64,000 bases of DNA from Dehalococcoidia bacterium (GCA_965249275.1 CBDFLQ010000007.1:320001-384000); one strand, 5' to 3'; counted from the stretch's first letter, positions 49,630-60,180 are shown. A program made the numbers and translations. The notes: generated by a model not told the origin, from the letters alone.

Positions 49630-50529
49630 CTAACCGAGTAGGTTGAGGGCCTTCGGCACTACCGATATCTCGACAGGCGTCTCAGCCACCCGCTCTCCGT
49701 CCGCCCAGATGGGCATCGGCTCCTCGGTCTCTATCTTTAGCCTCTTTACGCGGTGCATGGAAACTGCCGGGTTTGTCAGGTGTCCACCGCTGAAGACCCG
49801 GGGCACCATCATCACGACCTCCCACCTCGACACTGACTGGACCAAGCACACGTCCAATATCCCATCATCCGCCACCGCCCCGGGCGCTATCTTCATATTG
49901 CCACCGTACTGGGCCGTATTGGCCGTGGCGGCCAAAAATATCCGGCCCGAGTACTCGAAGTCCTCGCCCTTTAGGTGCACCATCGCATCCCTGTAACGGA
50001 GTATCTGAAGGAAGATGGCGTAGAGATAGGAAGGCGTACCGGAAAGGAAGCGAGGCACGTGTCCGTCCGCAACGTACTGGCTCACCGCACTGTCGAATCC
50101 TAGAGTAGCTACCGTCGCGAAGTACCTGTGCCCGACTGAGCCCAAGTCTATCTGCCTCGAATCGCCGGCTAAAATCAGATCAGCTACGCCCTCGGGGGTA
50201 TTGGGGAGATCCATCGCCGCCGCAAAATCGTTGCACCTGCCGGCAGGTATGATCCCGACGATCACTCCCGAGGCTAAGGGGTGGCCCATCACTCCGTTGA
50301 TCACTTCGTGCAGGGTCCCGTCTCCCCCGCAGGCCAGCACCCCAACACTTCCCTCCTCTACCGCCTTCCGCGCCAATTCTTCGGCATCCCCAGGGCGAGA
50401 TGTATACAGGACCTCGTTAGATACGCCCGCCGAGGTCAGCAGCGTCCCCGTCTGCATCGCAAGGGCCCGACTCCTCCCCTTGCCCGACACAGGGTTGGCG
50501 ACGATGGTCCATTTGGCCCCATTCCCCAT
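49630..50529 (-). CDS. Diacylglycerol kinase family lipid kinase
   Basis: NPVSG, GGDGTLHEVING, PAGRCNDFA, YGG, ADGE. Confidence 0.92.
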   Translation of the reverse strand: MGNGAKWTIVANPVSGKGRSRALAMQTGTLLTSAGVSNEVLYTSRPGDAEELARKAVEEGSVGVLACGGDGTLHEVINGVMGHPLASGVIVGIIPAGRCNDFAAAMDLPNTPEGVADLILAGDSRQIDLGSVGHRYFATVATLGFDSAVSQYVADGHVPRFLSGTPSYLYAIFLQILRYRDAMVHLKGEDFEYSGRIFLAATANTAQYGGNMKIAPGAVADDGILDVCLVQSVSRWEVVMMVPRVFSGGHLTNPAVSMHRVKRLKIETEEPMPIWADGERVAETPVEISVVPKALNLLG

Positions 50530-50532
50530 GCT

Positions 50533-52164
50533 TTATGTCACGTCGCAAAGGAAGATTGGCGGATAGTGATACAGTGATACCTCGGGAGAGGGGCCTACCG
50601 TGTCCTTGGCCATCTCCAATGCCGTTGCCACGTCCGGCGCGGTCTCGTAGCCAAGCCGCTCGGCCACCGACTTGTCCTTCGCCCCCGCCACAATCACCCG
50701 GCCAAGGTACTCCTGCCCGTAGCATGCCCAATACCACATGTACAAGGGGTGGACACCGTGATATGCGTACGATTCCCGGTACAGCTTCCGATACCGTTCG
50801 TTCGAGGCAAAAGAAGCCTCAAACCTCTTCTCGATTTCCGCAGCATCCCGGGTTTCGGGCAACACGTTGTTGTAAAAATCGATATACGAGGGGTGGTGCA
50901 ATGAGTTGAATCGCTCCTCCAGCGGGTGCGAGAACACCAGTACCCCGCCCCGCCTCACCAACGGTTTGCCCCGATACATGTTGAAGCTGTAGCCGAGCGC
51001 GAGCGTGTGGATTAGCAGCGGATTCAGCAGTGAGTTCACGTTGTACGGGCAGAGATAAGGAAGGCCCATTACCACCACGTCGGCCTGGCCCTCTACCGGT
51101 ACCGCCTGCTGCTTGAACACACTCGCTAATATCTTCTCATGTACCAAGTCCGTGTCCCCCGCCGCGACATCCAGCAGTCCATATGGCGAGCGAATGTTCT
51201 GGAATATCTGCCATCGCAAATAGAACGGCGAGATGTCCAGTGCCCTACGGTTGACCCCGAATGTCACCTTGTCTATTGCATTCCAGTCTGACTCCTGCTT
51301 TTGCAGGTGTGCCAATATCGACGGAAACGTGTTCGAGGTCAGGGCAGTCTCAATCTTGAAGACGTTCAGATTCTTGGATACCACCTTCCCCATCCCGTTA
51401 ACCGAGTTATGCAACGCGGACCGTGTCGGGTCCATGTATGACTCGCACCGCATCAGTGTGTGCACGTTGTGGTTGTGCCTCATGGTCTTGTAACTCACCA
51501 GTCCCGTGTTGATCGACTTATGCCCACCATCCATCGATGAGAGGTTGATATTCACGTAGATCAGCAGGTCAGACTCCGCCACCCTATTCGATGTCTCTAC
51601 CTCCTCACCCTTCTGAGTCGTCCCGAGCACCACCAGGTTCTCCTCGTCCTCCGCATCGAAGTTGTACAACCTGTCGGGGTGGAATTCGTTGAATACCCTC
51701 TTGCCCACCGCCCGCTTCAGCTCGGAAGGAGTCATTCGCCGATGCAACCCCAGCGCGGCTACAAGGTGTATATCCTCGACACCCTTCTCTCTCAGAGTCC
51801 GAAGCACCGCTTCGATGATCCTCTGGCGCAGGTCGGGCCGCTTCATCGGTGGCAGAGGCAAAGATATATCGTCAAAAGCGATGGTTACCTTCATGCCGGG
51901 CCGAAGCTGGTGGGATAACGGGTCCTGACCCAAAGGGTTCTCTAATGCCTCAGCTATCGCTCCGTCCGCGTCTTTAATAGAGGGAAGGGCGGGCGGGGGA
52001 TAGATTATGCGACTCCCCACCGGCAGCTCCTCGAACCGGAATGCCTCCCCATGATGCATCAGGAATCGCTGTCCGGGCTTCTCGACCCGTTTGACCAGCT
52101 TGCTCTTATCTATTTCCAATACAGCTTCCTTATATCTCAGTGGCCTTCGCGGTAAGTGTAGCAA
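50533..52164 (-). CDS. Lactate-racemase (LarA/DUF2088) domain protein
   Basis: ALENPLG..PL, IAFDDISLP, ALGLHRRMT, GGHKS; true start may be near 52119. Confidence 0.8.
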   Translation of the reverse strand: MLHLPRRPLRYKEAVLEIDKSKLVKRVEKPGQRFLMHHGEAFRFEELPVGSRIIYPPPALPSIKDADGAIAEALENPLGQDPLSHQLRPGMKVTIAFDDISLPLPPMKRPDLRQRIIEAVLRTLREKGVEDIHLVAALGLHRRMTPSELKRAVGKRVFNEFHPDRLYNFDAEDEENLVVLGTTQKGEEVETSNRVAESDLLIYVNINLSSMDGGHKSINTGLVSYKTMRHNHNVHTLMRCESYMDPTRSALHNSVNGMGKVVSKNLNVFKIETALTSNTFPSILAHLQKQESDWNAIDKVTFGVNRRALDISPFYLRWQIFQNIRSPYGLLDVAAGDTDLVHEKILASVFKQQAVPVEGQADVVVMGLPYLCPYNVNSLLNPLLIHTLALGYSFNMYRGKPLVRRGGVLVFSHPLEERFNSLHHPSYIDFYNNVLPETRDAAEIEKRFEASFASNERYRKLYRESYAYHGVHPLYMWYWACYGQEYLGRVIVAGAKDKSVAERLGYETAPDVATALEMAKDTVGPSPEVSLYHYPPIFLCDVT

Positions 52165-52171
52165 GCCCCGG

Positions 52172-53413
52172 TTAGTCGGGAAAGGTGAACACCATCTTTC
52201 CGCCTCCCAGCCTCCCCGCCCGACCCGCTTTCACTATTGCCTCCCGGTACCGCTCTATGGGAAACCTGTGACTCACCAGCCTCGACACCCCGGAACGGAA
52301 GTTTCCGTCCCTCATGAGGTCTTTGGCCAGTTCGAACGTCTTCATCTCTTTGTCCCTGGTCCGCTCTATCCCGTAGGCGTAAGAGCCTATAAATCGCACC
52401 TCCTGGTGCCACAGGGGCGTCAGGTCGGCTTTCGCATCCGACGGCATTCCCAGGGCCACGAGCGTCCCGTTCTCCATCGTCCACCTCATTGCATCTTCCA
52501 GCGCTGCCGACGTGCCAACACACTCGAACACAACGGGAAACCCGCCCGAAACAGCCGGCTTCCCCCGAATGACCGACAGCACCTTCGCCCCGACCTCGTC
52601 CGACAGCTGCGCATATCCCCCCACACCAGCATCACATACCACGTTGGCTCCCAAGTCCATGGCCTTACGCTTCTGTGATTCGTATTTGGCCACAGCCACT
52701 ATCCGGCATTCCGGTTGTAATGCCCTCAGCGCTGCAATGGTCAGCAATCCAACTACACCACACCCGACCACGAGCACGGGCCCCGGCCCTTCTATCCCGG
52801 CCCTAAGCACTCCGTGAATAGCACACGATAGCGGCTCCAACAGCACCGTCGTCTCGTCCGAAAAGTCATCCGGGACTCGGTGCAACTGCGCTGTGTGCGC
52901 CACGAACCGTTCACCCCAGCCTCCCGGCAAGCTTCGGCAATACCCGATCTGCAGCCCCGCCGAAAATTCCCCTTCCGTTGTCCGCACGCAGTTAGCATAC
53001 CGTCCCGCTGCACATTGAGGGCACAAGTCGGGCATCCCCCTGACCGTGCAGCCCAAAGCCGGTTCTATTGCCACCCTTTCTCCCACCTGGAACTCTTCAA
53101 CCCCTTCCCCCACCTCAATTATCTCCGCCACAACCTCGTGGCCCGGGACAAGTGGAAATGACGTAAAACCAGATAGATACAAGCTCCCCCTGCACATCAC
53201 CACTACCAGGTCAGACCCACAGATCCCACTCATAATCGTGCGCACCTTGACCCAATCTGGACCCGGCAGCGCTGGCTCCTGCACGTCCTTCATCCGCAAA
53301 ACAGCAGTCGGGCCCAACGACAACCGTGGGAACCGTTTGGAAAGCGCCCTGGTCACCAGCCACCGTGGAATACTCTTGGAAACAACTAATGCCTTCACAA
53401 AAACCTGTCTCAT
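52172..53413 (-). CDS. Zinc-binding (MDR) dehydrogenase
   Basis: GICGSD, GHEVV, structural Cys cluster, GCGVVG. Confidence 0.9.
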   Translation of the reverse strand: MRQVFVKALVVSKSIPRWLVTRALSKRFPRLSLGPTAVLRMKDVQEPALPGPDWVKVRTIMSGICGSDLVVVMCRGSLYLSGFTSFPLVPGHEVVAEIIEVGEGVEEFQVGERVAIEPALGCTVRGMPDLCPQCAAGRYANCVRTTEGEFSAGLQIGYCRSLPGGWGERFVAHTAQLHRVPDDFSDETTVLLEPLSCAIHGVLRAGIEGPGPVLVVGCGVVGLLTIAALRALQPECRIVAVAKYESQKRKAMDLGANVVCDAGVGGYAQLSDEVGAKVLSVIRGKPAVSGGFPVVFECVGTSAALEDAMRWTMENGTLVALGMPSDAKADLTPLWHQEVRFIGSYAYGIERTRDKEMKTFELAKDLMRDGNFRSGVSRLVSHRFPIERYREAIVKAGRAGRLGGGKMVFTFPD

Positions 53414-53471
53414 CCCCTCTCCCTACATGGGAGAGGACTAGGGCCGTAGGCTCGCTGAAGAGAGTGAGGGT
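53414..53471. repeat. REP/MITE-like repeat inside lipid operon
   Basis: CCTCTCCC..GGGAGAGG hairpin plus 34-bp block shared with 20196-20229. Confidence 0.8.
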
Positions 53472-53475
53472 ATCG

Positions 53476-54165
53476 CTATCCTTTTAGGGTCCACCATTGC
53501 ACTGGCCAATCCCTGGCACGGGCCAGCTTCCCCAATCTGCGTTCCGGGTTTACCGCTATCGGATGCCCCACCAACTCCAGGAGCGGCAGGTCCGAAATGT
53601 CGTCCGCGTAGGCGTAGGAGTCCGACAATACTACCCCACATTTCTCCGCCCAGATCTTTGCGGCCTCCGCTTTCCCGGTTCCACTCAGAGGTCCAAACTC
53701 CAATTCCCCCGTGAATCGTCCCCCGTCCACTTTGCCCCGGGACGCCATCACCTCGTCGACCCCCAGCAAGTCCCCCAGAGGCCTGACCATCTCCATTAGC
53801 CCGCCGGTAAGGAGCACCACCTTGTGACCATCAGTCCTGTGTCGCTCCACCTCATCCCTCGCCTCCCTGAAGAGCCGCCGGCCCCAGTACTCTGCGCCTC
53901 TCCTCTTAGCCCAGCCTACCAGGTCCCCCACCGCTGACCCGCGGTAGTTCTTAAAGAATCCCTTGATGAATTTAACCCTGTCAGTCCAGTCCGTCAGGGC
54001 GTAAAGCGGAATTCTGGGGGCAAAAGCTGCTAACCACAGACTCCGGCTTAAGAGGCCTTTCCCTTCCAGGGCGTAGTCCAGGTAAACGTCCAGCAGATTT
54101 GAAGAGGCGATGGTCCTGTCCACATCAAAGAACGCCGCAACTCTGGCATTAGGCCCTCCCATCAA
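53476..54165 (-). CDS. HAD-IB family hydrolase
   Basis: AAFFDVDRT, LLTGG, GK, YAYADDISDLPLL, VNP. Confidence 0.9.
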   Translation of the reverse strand: MMGGPNARVAAFFDVDRTIASSNLLDVYLDYALEGKGLLSRSLWLAAFAPRIPLYALTDWTDRVKFIKGFFKNYRGSAVGDLVGWAKRRGAEYWGRRLFREARDEVERHRTDGHKVVLLTGGLMEMVRPLGDLLGVDEVMASRGKVDGGRFTGELEFGPLSGTGKAEAAKIWAEKCGVVLSDSYAYADDISDLPLLELVGHPIAVNPERRLGKLARARDWPVQWWTLKG

Positions 54166-56404
54166 GCGCCTCGACTGCCGCCTGCACTTCCCCGGTCACC
54201 TCGCGGCTCAACTCACTCAACCCCTTGGCGTCGGCTCCGTCGGACCTGCCCGCGAAGCAGATAGGCGCCCCAAAACGTATGGAGACGGGATGCCGCTTCA
54301 CTCTTACCGTACCTTTAGGCATCGCTTTATGCGAGTCCTTGATAAACGCGGGTACGACGGGGGCCTCGGACATGAGGGCAAGGAACCCTATGCCGTTCTT
54401 GAAGGGTTGTATCCTTCCCGGCCGACCCCTGCTCCCTTCCGGGTAGAAAACCAGTGCGTGCCCCTTTTCCAATACCGCCAACGCCAACCCGAGCTCCTCC
54501 CGAGACGTCCCCTTCCTGTCGAAAGGGATCGCCGTGAACAGTCCCCTTACCATGCGCGACATGAACCCGTTTTCAAAAAAGTAGTCCTTGGCCGCCACGG
54601 GGTGTACTTTCTCACCTCTCCGCCCGAGAGCATGGAATATCACCGGCGTGTCCATGTGGCTATTGTGGTTCGAAGCAATGATATAAGGCCCGGAGTCTGG
54701 AATGTTCTCAAGCCCCTCACACCGGAAACCCGTCCACCACCTGATCGCCGAGCTCATAAGAAAGAACAGAGCTTGCCCCCAACACCTGATCCACAGTGGG
54801 ACCTTGAACCACCTCTCGGCTTCTGCGCCGAATCCCGCATCCAAAACGCGAGTCGCGTTTCCCCTGGACTCAGGGGCCATGCCGAGCAGGTACTTCTTCA
54901 CACCCGGAATATGCACATCCTGAAGGTAGGACTCCCAGTCCAGCTTACCGATATCGAAGTCAAAATTCTCCTTATCACTCTCGTGAAGCGCACCCATCGC
55001 ACTGCGGGTGTTAGTGGTGAGGAACTTGCATTCAGCCTCGGCGTAAGGTCCGTACAACCTGCCGTACTGGTACAGCCTCTCCAGCGACACCATCTTCAAC
55101 TTCAATCTGTTATGAAAGCGTCGGGTCCAAGGCGTAAAGGAGATGGGCGCCGTAGCTGCGATGGCGGCTCGGAGCGGGAGCATATAGCGCAGGCGGATAT
55201 GGCGAAGGAATTTGGTGGTGGTGGGAAAGGTAGGTTTGGTGAGTTTCCTTGCTTGTCCCCCCTCATCCCCTGACACCGGAAACGGGTTCTTCTGGAAATG
55301 CGCGTCAACCTGGTCTGCGAACCCCTCCAGCGTTATCGGGTTCTCCATCCCTGAGGCAATCTGGTACACCTTTGGAGAGTCATCTACCGAGGCTTGCGCG
55401 ACGATGGCCAATATAGCGTTGGCGACCATGTCAACGGGTATGATGTCCAGTATCCCGTCCCGTTTGCCCGGGAAATCGATCATTCGGCCCCGTCCGTAGG
55501 CCACTATCAGCGGGTCGAGCATCCGAAAACCGTTAAGCCAACCCGGTACAGGCGCTTTCCAGGCGCCTTCTATTATGGCCGGCCTGATAATCGCCCCTTT
55601 CATACCTCCAATGCTCCGCACAAACATCTGCTCACCCATCGCTTTGGAGAAGGTGTACACGTCCTGCCAACCGCGCCTGTGAGCCCATTCCATGCCGATC
55701 TTGCTCAGCTGCTTGTCCAGCCGCTCAGACTCGGCGCGGCTAACCTGCCCCTTCGCTCCCCTCACCGACCCCGCTTTCGCCAGAATCGCCTCGATCTCCT
55801 CTTCCACATCGTAGTCTGTCTGGGGAATACCGTTGATGTCCCCGACAGTACGGGTCGGGTCTGGCAGCTCCTCCGACACAGGCCCTTTGCGAGTAGCATT
55901 CACGTAGCAGGTAGAAACTTGGGCGAAAAACGGGTCCTTACATCCCTTTGCGAACTCAACCATTCGACCGGGACCCAAGGTGTTCAATCTCACTGCCGTA
56001 TCCAAAGGCGCATCGAAGGAGACGACCGCGGCGCAATGAATAATTATGTCGACTTCGCCTTGCAAACGCTTGTATGTTTCCGGGTCCAGGCCCAGCTTAT
56101 CTATAGCTACATCCCCTGAGACGGCATGGATCTTGCTATCGAAGAGGCCGTCGAAAGCATCTCCCATCCTGTCTTTCAACGGCTCGAAGATCTGGGATTC
56201 GAAGACTTCCTGTTTGAGTCTTTCGTCTATGGATATAGCTGTGGCTGTGGCCCCGGCCCGTGTCTTGGGCCTGACAAGAACGTAGACAACCGCGATGTCA
56301 GGAAGAAGGCTGAGCATTCTCTCCAGGAGCACTTTGCCCAACAGGCCCGTGCCGCCTGTGAGAAGCACAGTCTTTCCCCTGTAGAAGTCTCGAAGTGGTT
56401 GCAA
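54149..56404 (-). CDS. Fatty acyl-CoA reductase fused to PlsC-type acyltransferase
   Basis: TGGTGLLGK, HCAAVVSFD, YTFSK, RPAII, IPVDMVAN; C-terminal NHNSHMD and FYPEGSR. Confidence 0.9.
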   Translation of the reverse strand: MQPLRDFYRGKTVLLTGGTGLLGKVLLERMLSLLPDIAVVYVLVRPKTRAGATATAISIDERLKQEVFESQIFEPLKDRMGDAFDGLFDSKIHAVSGDVAIDKLGLDPETYKRLQGEVDIIIHCAAVVSFDAPLDTAVRLNTLGPGRMVEFAKGCKDPFFAQVSTCYVNATRKGPVSEELPDPTRTVGDINGIPQTDYDVEEEIEAILAKAGSVRGAKGQVSRAESERLDKQLSKIGMEWAHRRGWQDVYTFSKAMGEQMFVRSIGGMKGAIIRPAIIEGAWKAPVPGWLNGFRMLDPLIVAYGRGRMIDFPGKRDGILDIIPVDMVANAILAIVAQASVDDSPKVYQIASGMENPITLEGFADQVDAHFQKNPFPVSGDEGGQARKLTKPTFPTTTKFLRHIRLRYMLPLRAAIAATAPISFTPWTRRFHNRLKLKMVSLERLYQYGRLYGPYAEAECKFLTTNTRSAMGALHESDKENFDFDIGKLDWESYLQDVHIPGVKKYLLGMAPESRGNATRVLDAGFGAEAERWFKVPLWIRCWGQALFFLMSSAIRWWTGFRCEGLENIPDSGPYIIASNHNSHMDTPVIFHALGRRGEKVHPVAAKDYFFENGFMSRMVRGLFTAIPFDRKGTSREELGLALAVLEKGHALVFYPEGSRGRPGRIQPFKNGIGFLALMSEAPVVPAFIKDSHKAMPKGTVRVKRHPVSIRFGAPICFAGRSDGADAKGLSELSREVTGEVQAAVEALDGRA

Positions 56405-56594
56405 GGAAGTACGCTGGGTGTCGTCTAACTAAGGTAGGAAAACAAGCGGAGCAGCGTCCAAACCTGGGGCTCCGCCAACCCCGACGCATTATAGTTTCCG
56501 CCGGTCGAATCGTCCATTACCCCCCACATCCCCTCTCCTCTCTTGAATAACCTGGCATGGTCTGGGGTACCTGAAACCTCACCCACTTCCTCTA

Positions 56595-57161
56595 TCATTC
56601 GGTCGCCAAGTGCCGTGCCACCTCCGTGAGCCCCGTCACCCGAGTTACGTTTTCCCCGTATTGGTACCCTCGATTCCTTGGCCAGTCCCTCAGAAACACC
56701 CTCGACAGCCCCTTCCGAGACAGATGATCGGCAACCCGGCCATCGTCATCTACGAACTCCTCAATCCCGAGTTCCGAGCACATATGCCACTTGAAGTCCG
56801 GGGATCGCAAGCCCAGGTTGTTCGAGTGGACCTCGCGGAACAGGTGGAGAAACCCATGTGCTTTCAACCATCCCTCTATTAGCCCCGCTCCAATCCCGTT
56901 CCGACTGGTAACCAGTACCGGGGTTCGGAACTCGCTTATCGATTCGATCCCCTCCTGAGCGTCCTCCAGTGGCTTGCGCCCATAGTACTTGAGCTTCAAT
57001 AGCCACTTCATTGCCACAAGCCCGATTCCTGAAGGAGTTTCTCTGCTCTTCGAGTTGAGTGGGCGGCTCTCGTATGGTCCCGGTGCTATCGGCACGTTTA
57101 GTCCGAAGGGAGGGCGGCAAATTACACCGTCCATATCTATGCCTATCAGGGGTTTGTCCAT
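56595..57161 (-). CDS. HAD-superfamily protein (5'-nucleotidase-like)
   Basis: IGIDMDGVI, VTSR, K, FVDDD. Confidence 0.75.
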   Translation of the reverse strand: MDKPLIGIDMDGVICRPPFGLNVPIAPGPYESRPLNSKSRETPSGIGLVAMKWLLKLKYYGRKPLEDAQEGIESISEFRTPVLVTSRNGIGAGLIEGWLKAHGFLHLFREVHSNNLGLRSPDFKWHMCSELGIEEFVDDDGRVADHLSRKGLSRVFLRDWPRNRGYQYGENVTRVTGLTEVARHLATE

Positions 57162-57272
57162 ACGCCAGCCTTTTCAGATACCGTGTCTTCTCCGGTCATT
57201 CTACCTCGAACGCCTCCGTAGAAAGCTGCCTGTGTGGTAGTATCGGACCGTAGCTTCAAGGGAGGAAGAGAC

Positions 57273-58148
57273 ATGAAACAGCTTGGCCCCGATCAAGTTT
57301 GCCGCAGGTTCTCCGCCGAAGATCTGCCCAGCCTTCGCGTCGAGTCCGGAGAGGTCTTCTCTGTACGGACGACTGACCGGTTCCGGAACGTCTCCAAAAC
57401 CGACCCCGACTTCGCAAAGTCGGACGTTGTCCGGTCCATGAATGGACCCATTTACGTTAACGGGGTCCGCGCGGGCGACACCCTAAAGGTAGAGTTTCTT
57501 TCCATGTCCCCCGCCGAGACCTCCGCCTACGTCCTTGCCCTTCCGGGTCACGGGGCGCTGGGGAGCCGGATTCCCAACTTCCTAATGGAGACCGTAGACG
57601 TTACCGGTAAAGACGCAGTGTTCCCGAATGGCACGTCGGTCCCGATCAGGCCCATGCTAGGCTTGATCGGCGTGGCCCCCGAGCATGGGGAAGCAGGGTT
57701 GAGTGCCACCGGGCCTTTCGGAGGCCAGCTCAGCATCACCGACGTCACGGCAGGCTCTGCCCTCTACTTACCCGTGTTCCACGACGGCGCATTCTTGTCT
57801 ATGGGAGATTCTCATCTCGCTATGGGAGAAGGTGAGTCCACGAGCTCCGCCGTCGAAGGTTCGATGAGTATCACCATCCGGGCCGCGGCTTCTCAAGACG
57901 TAAGAGTTTCGGGCCCCATGGTAGTGACCCCCGAGCATGTGATTAGCTTCGGAAGAGGGGTCACCATGGAAGAGGCTGCTAACGCCGCCACCCTGGCCAT
58001 GGCAGACCTCCTTATGTCCCGACTAAACATATCGGCCACGGACGCCGCCATGCTCATCGGATGCGGAGCAGACCTGCGGACCGCTCTAGCTCTCCATTCG
58101 CCCTACAGCATGAAGATGCTCATGCCCCTCTCCACCCTACCCCTCTAA
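57273..58148 (+). CDS. Acetamidase/formamidase family protein
   Basis: GPIYVNG..AGDTL, PMLGLIGVAP, YLPVF..GA..SMGD.H..MGEGE. Confidence 0.85.
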   Translation: MKQLGPDQVCRRFSAEDLPSLRVESGEVFSVRTTDRFRNVSKTDPDFAKSDVVRSMNGPIYVNGVRAGDTLKVEFLSMSPAETSAYVLALPGHGALGSRIPNFLMETVDVTGKDAVFPNGTSVPIRPMLGLIGVAPEHGEAGLSATGPFGGQLSITDVTAGSALYLPVFHDGAFLSMGDSHLAMGEGESTSSAVEGSMSITIRAAASQDVRVSGPMVVTPEHVISFGRGVTMEEAANAATLAMADLLMSRLNISATDAAMLIGCGADLRTALALHSPYSMKMLMPLSTLPL

Positions 58149-58176
58149 CCTCTCGCCCTCTCCCAATCAGAATAAA

Positions 58177-58207
58177 GTTGGGGGCGGCTAACTCAGCCGC
58201 CCCCAAC
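58177..58207. terminator. Hairpin between convergent genes
   Basis: GTTGGGGGCGGCT-aactc-AGCCGCCCCCAAC. Confidence 0.75.
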
Positions 58208-58226
58208 CTTCCCCATTCATTTTCTC

Positions 58227-58958
58227 CTAGTCCCTGGACACAAACCCTAACAGGCTTAGGATGATCATGAATATGTTCAGGAAGTTCACGTACAACCCGA
58301 TGCTTCCCATCACCGCAACCTGAGTCGCCGCCTCGTAGTTGCCCTGCTCCGCCGCCTGCAAAGCCAACACTTTCATCTGTTTTGTCTGCCACACCGTCAG
58401 CGCTAGGAACAACGGCAGCAAAACAATATTTATCAGCAGGAACAGAAAGCTGGATTGAAGAAGCAAGATGTTTACGAGACTTATGACTATCAACCCAACC
58501 ACGCCGATAATCAGCATCGGACCCCATCTCGAAATATCCCTCTTGGTGGTCATGCCGATTGCGCTCATTCCCACGAACAGCCCCGCGGTCAGCAGGAACG
58601 CAACTGCGATGGTCTCGGTCGTGTATCGGGACACGATCCAGGACAGGAACAACCCTTCCATGGCCGTGAACAGGAGATAGACCCCTGTCGCCGGCCCAGT
58701 GTGCCCCTTCACAGCCAGGCCGTTGGCAGCCATCAACATCCCAAATATCAACCCGAACCCCACCAAGAAACCCAACCACCCGATATTCAGAATGACGTCG
58801 CCGAGCCCTATCCTGTCCCCGACCCATATGCCTGCCCCGGTGGTAATGATCCCCAGGGCCACAAGCCCGTACATCCGGGACATGGCCCCTGTATAAATCT
58901 GGTTGGCTCGTTCCCTACCGAAGCCGATGCTGTATTGGTCCCTGAGCATGGGTCTCAA
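58227..58958 (-). CDS. Bax inhibitor-1/YccA family membrane protein
   Basis: Seven TM segments; GMTTKRDIS; GLYVNFLNIF. Confidence 0.88.
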   Translation of the reverse strand: MRPMLRDQYSIGFGRERANQIYTGAMSRMYGLVALGIITTGAGIWVGDRIGLGDVILNIGWLGFLVGFGLIFGMLMAANGLAVKGHTGPATGVYLLFTAMEGLFLSWIVSRYTTETIAVAFLLTAGLFVGMSAIGMTTKRDISRWGPMLIIGVVGLIVISLVNILLLQSSFLFLLINIVLLPLFLALTVWQTKQMKVLALQAAEQGNYEAATQVAVMGSIGLYVNFLNIFMIILSLLGFVSRD

Positions 58959-59083
58959 ACTCCCTTTACAAGTAAATGCGGTCCAGCCTCAAATTATACA
59001 TCGCGGGGCTCGTCCCTTCGGGGTAGGCCAGAGGACAAGCGCCTATAAAGTGCAATCAAAGATTCGCCCCAGGCATGTATTGC

Positions 59084-59842
59084 CTAAGGACCAGGAGACT
59101 GAGTTGGGCCGTCCTGCGGAGGACGGGGATGGCTGTGTACCTCCGCCATAAGAAACGCCAAACTCCCGCGCCACAGGTGTACTTGCTCTTCGCCCCAAGC
59201 GGGGTCATAGTCCGGGAATTTGGCCAGAAGCTTCGTCATCATGTCAGAGTTGTGTGGCGATTCCACATGTCCCTTAACGGGCTCCGAGACTCGCACTTGT
59301 GGAGCCGAGGCCGGAGGAGCGCTCGACGGCGCTGCCCTCTTCCTCGGCCCCCGCGTCCCGGACTGCCTATCCCGCGGCGTCTTGAAATGCGGCGAAAGCT
59401 GTATCTCAGCATCTTTGGCTATGCGAAGAAAGAACGTCATGCCCTTTCGCCCTACTTCGTCCTGTGATCCGCCTGTCTTGAATTTCTCAGCAAGGTGATC
59501 GGGAGTTGCAGACCTAAGCATAAGTCCGTCCAGCACCGGCACGTACGCCCTTTCCACTACCTTATACAGCAGCCCCTTTGCCTCATCCTCCCCCGAAGAC
59601 AGCAAGCTCTTGAGCGCATCCGTTGGGTGTCTTTGTGAATCCACCAACCCGAGAAATGCCAGCGCAGACTGCAAATTCGACTCGGCCGACGCGTTGACCT
59701 TCAGTTTCTTGAGGTAACTGTTGTCTATCCGGCTCGGCAAGTGTTGATTGGCAAAGTCCTCCCTCAACGTTTCCAACAGTCGTTGCCATTGAGAGTAAGG
59801 GGGATACGGTGGTCGCCTTTTGCCATTTTCTAACCCTGCCAT
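59084..59842 (-). CDS. DUF5343-like protein
   Basis: PPYPPY, PSRIDNSYL, ALAFLGLVD...PT, FF..IAKDA.I.LSP, LLAKFP.YDP.W; family recognised from memory. Confidence 0.65.
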   Translation of the reverse strand: MAGLENGKRRPPYPPYSQWQRLLETLREDFANQHLPSRIDNSYLKKLKVNASAESNLQSALAFLGLVDSQRHPTDALKSLLSSGEDEAKGLLYKVVERAYVPVLDGLMLRSATPDHLAEKFKTGGSQDEVGRKGMTFFLRIAKDAEIQLSPHFKTPRDRQSGTRGPRKRAAPSSAPPASAPQVRVSEPVKGHVESPHNSDMMTKLLAKFPDYDPAWGEEQVHLWRGSLAFLMAEVHSHPRPPQDGPTQSPGP

Positions 59843-59910
59843 GCCGTTTGTCCTTTGTCCGGCTTGTCTGGCACTCGTCCGTTATGGCTATGATACCAGC
59901 CAAAAACGGT

Positions 59911-60098
59911 TAAGGCAATATATGCCATCCCCGACAACTAAGGCAAAAGGTAGTGGCATATTTGCCTTACAGCATTCTGGTTTTGCCTTAGTTTCACAGG
60001 TGCTTTTTCCACGGCTAGAATGGCCTCATATTGCCTGAATTGCACCCGAGGCCGGGACATACACCGACCTTACGAGGCAAAGCCCACAAGGCAATATG
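59911..60098. promoter_or_regulatory. Array of seven AGGCAA/TTGCCT boxes forming interleaved inverted repeats
   Basis: Boxes near 59913, 59941, 59962, 59983, 60031, 60075, 60089. Confidence 0.7.
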
Positions 60099-60180
60099 CC
60101 ACCGGGTGCCGCCCGGCGGCAAGCGCTATACCTATCGGGATAGCGACCCGGACCGCAGTTCGAAAGGAGGGTTGAATAAA

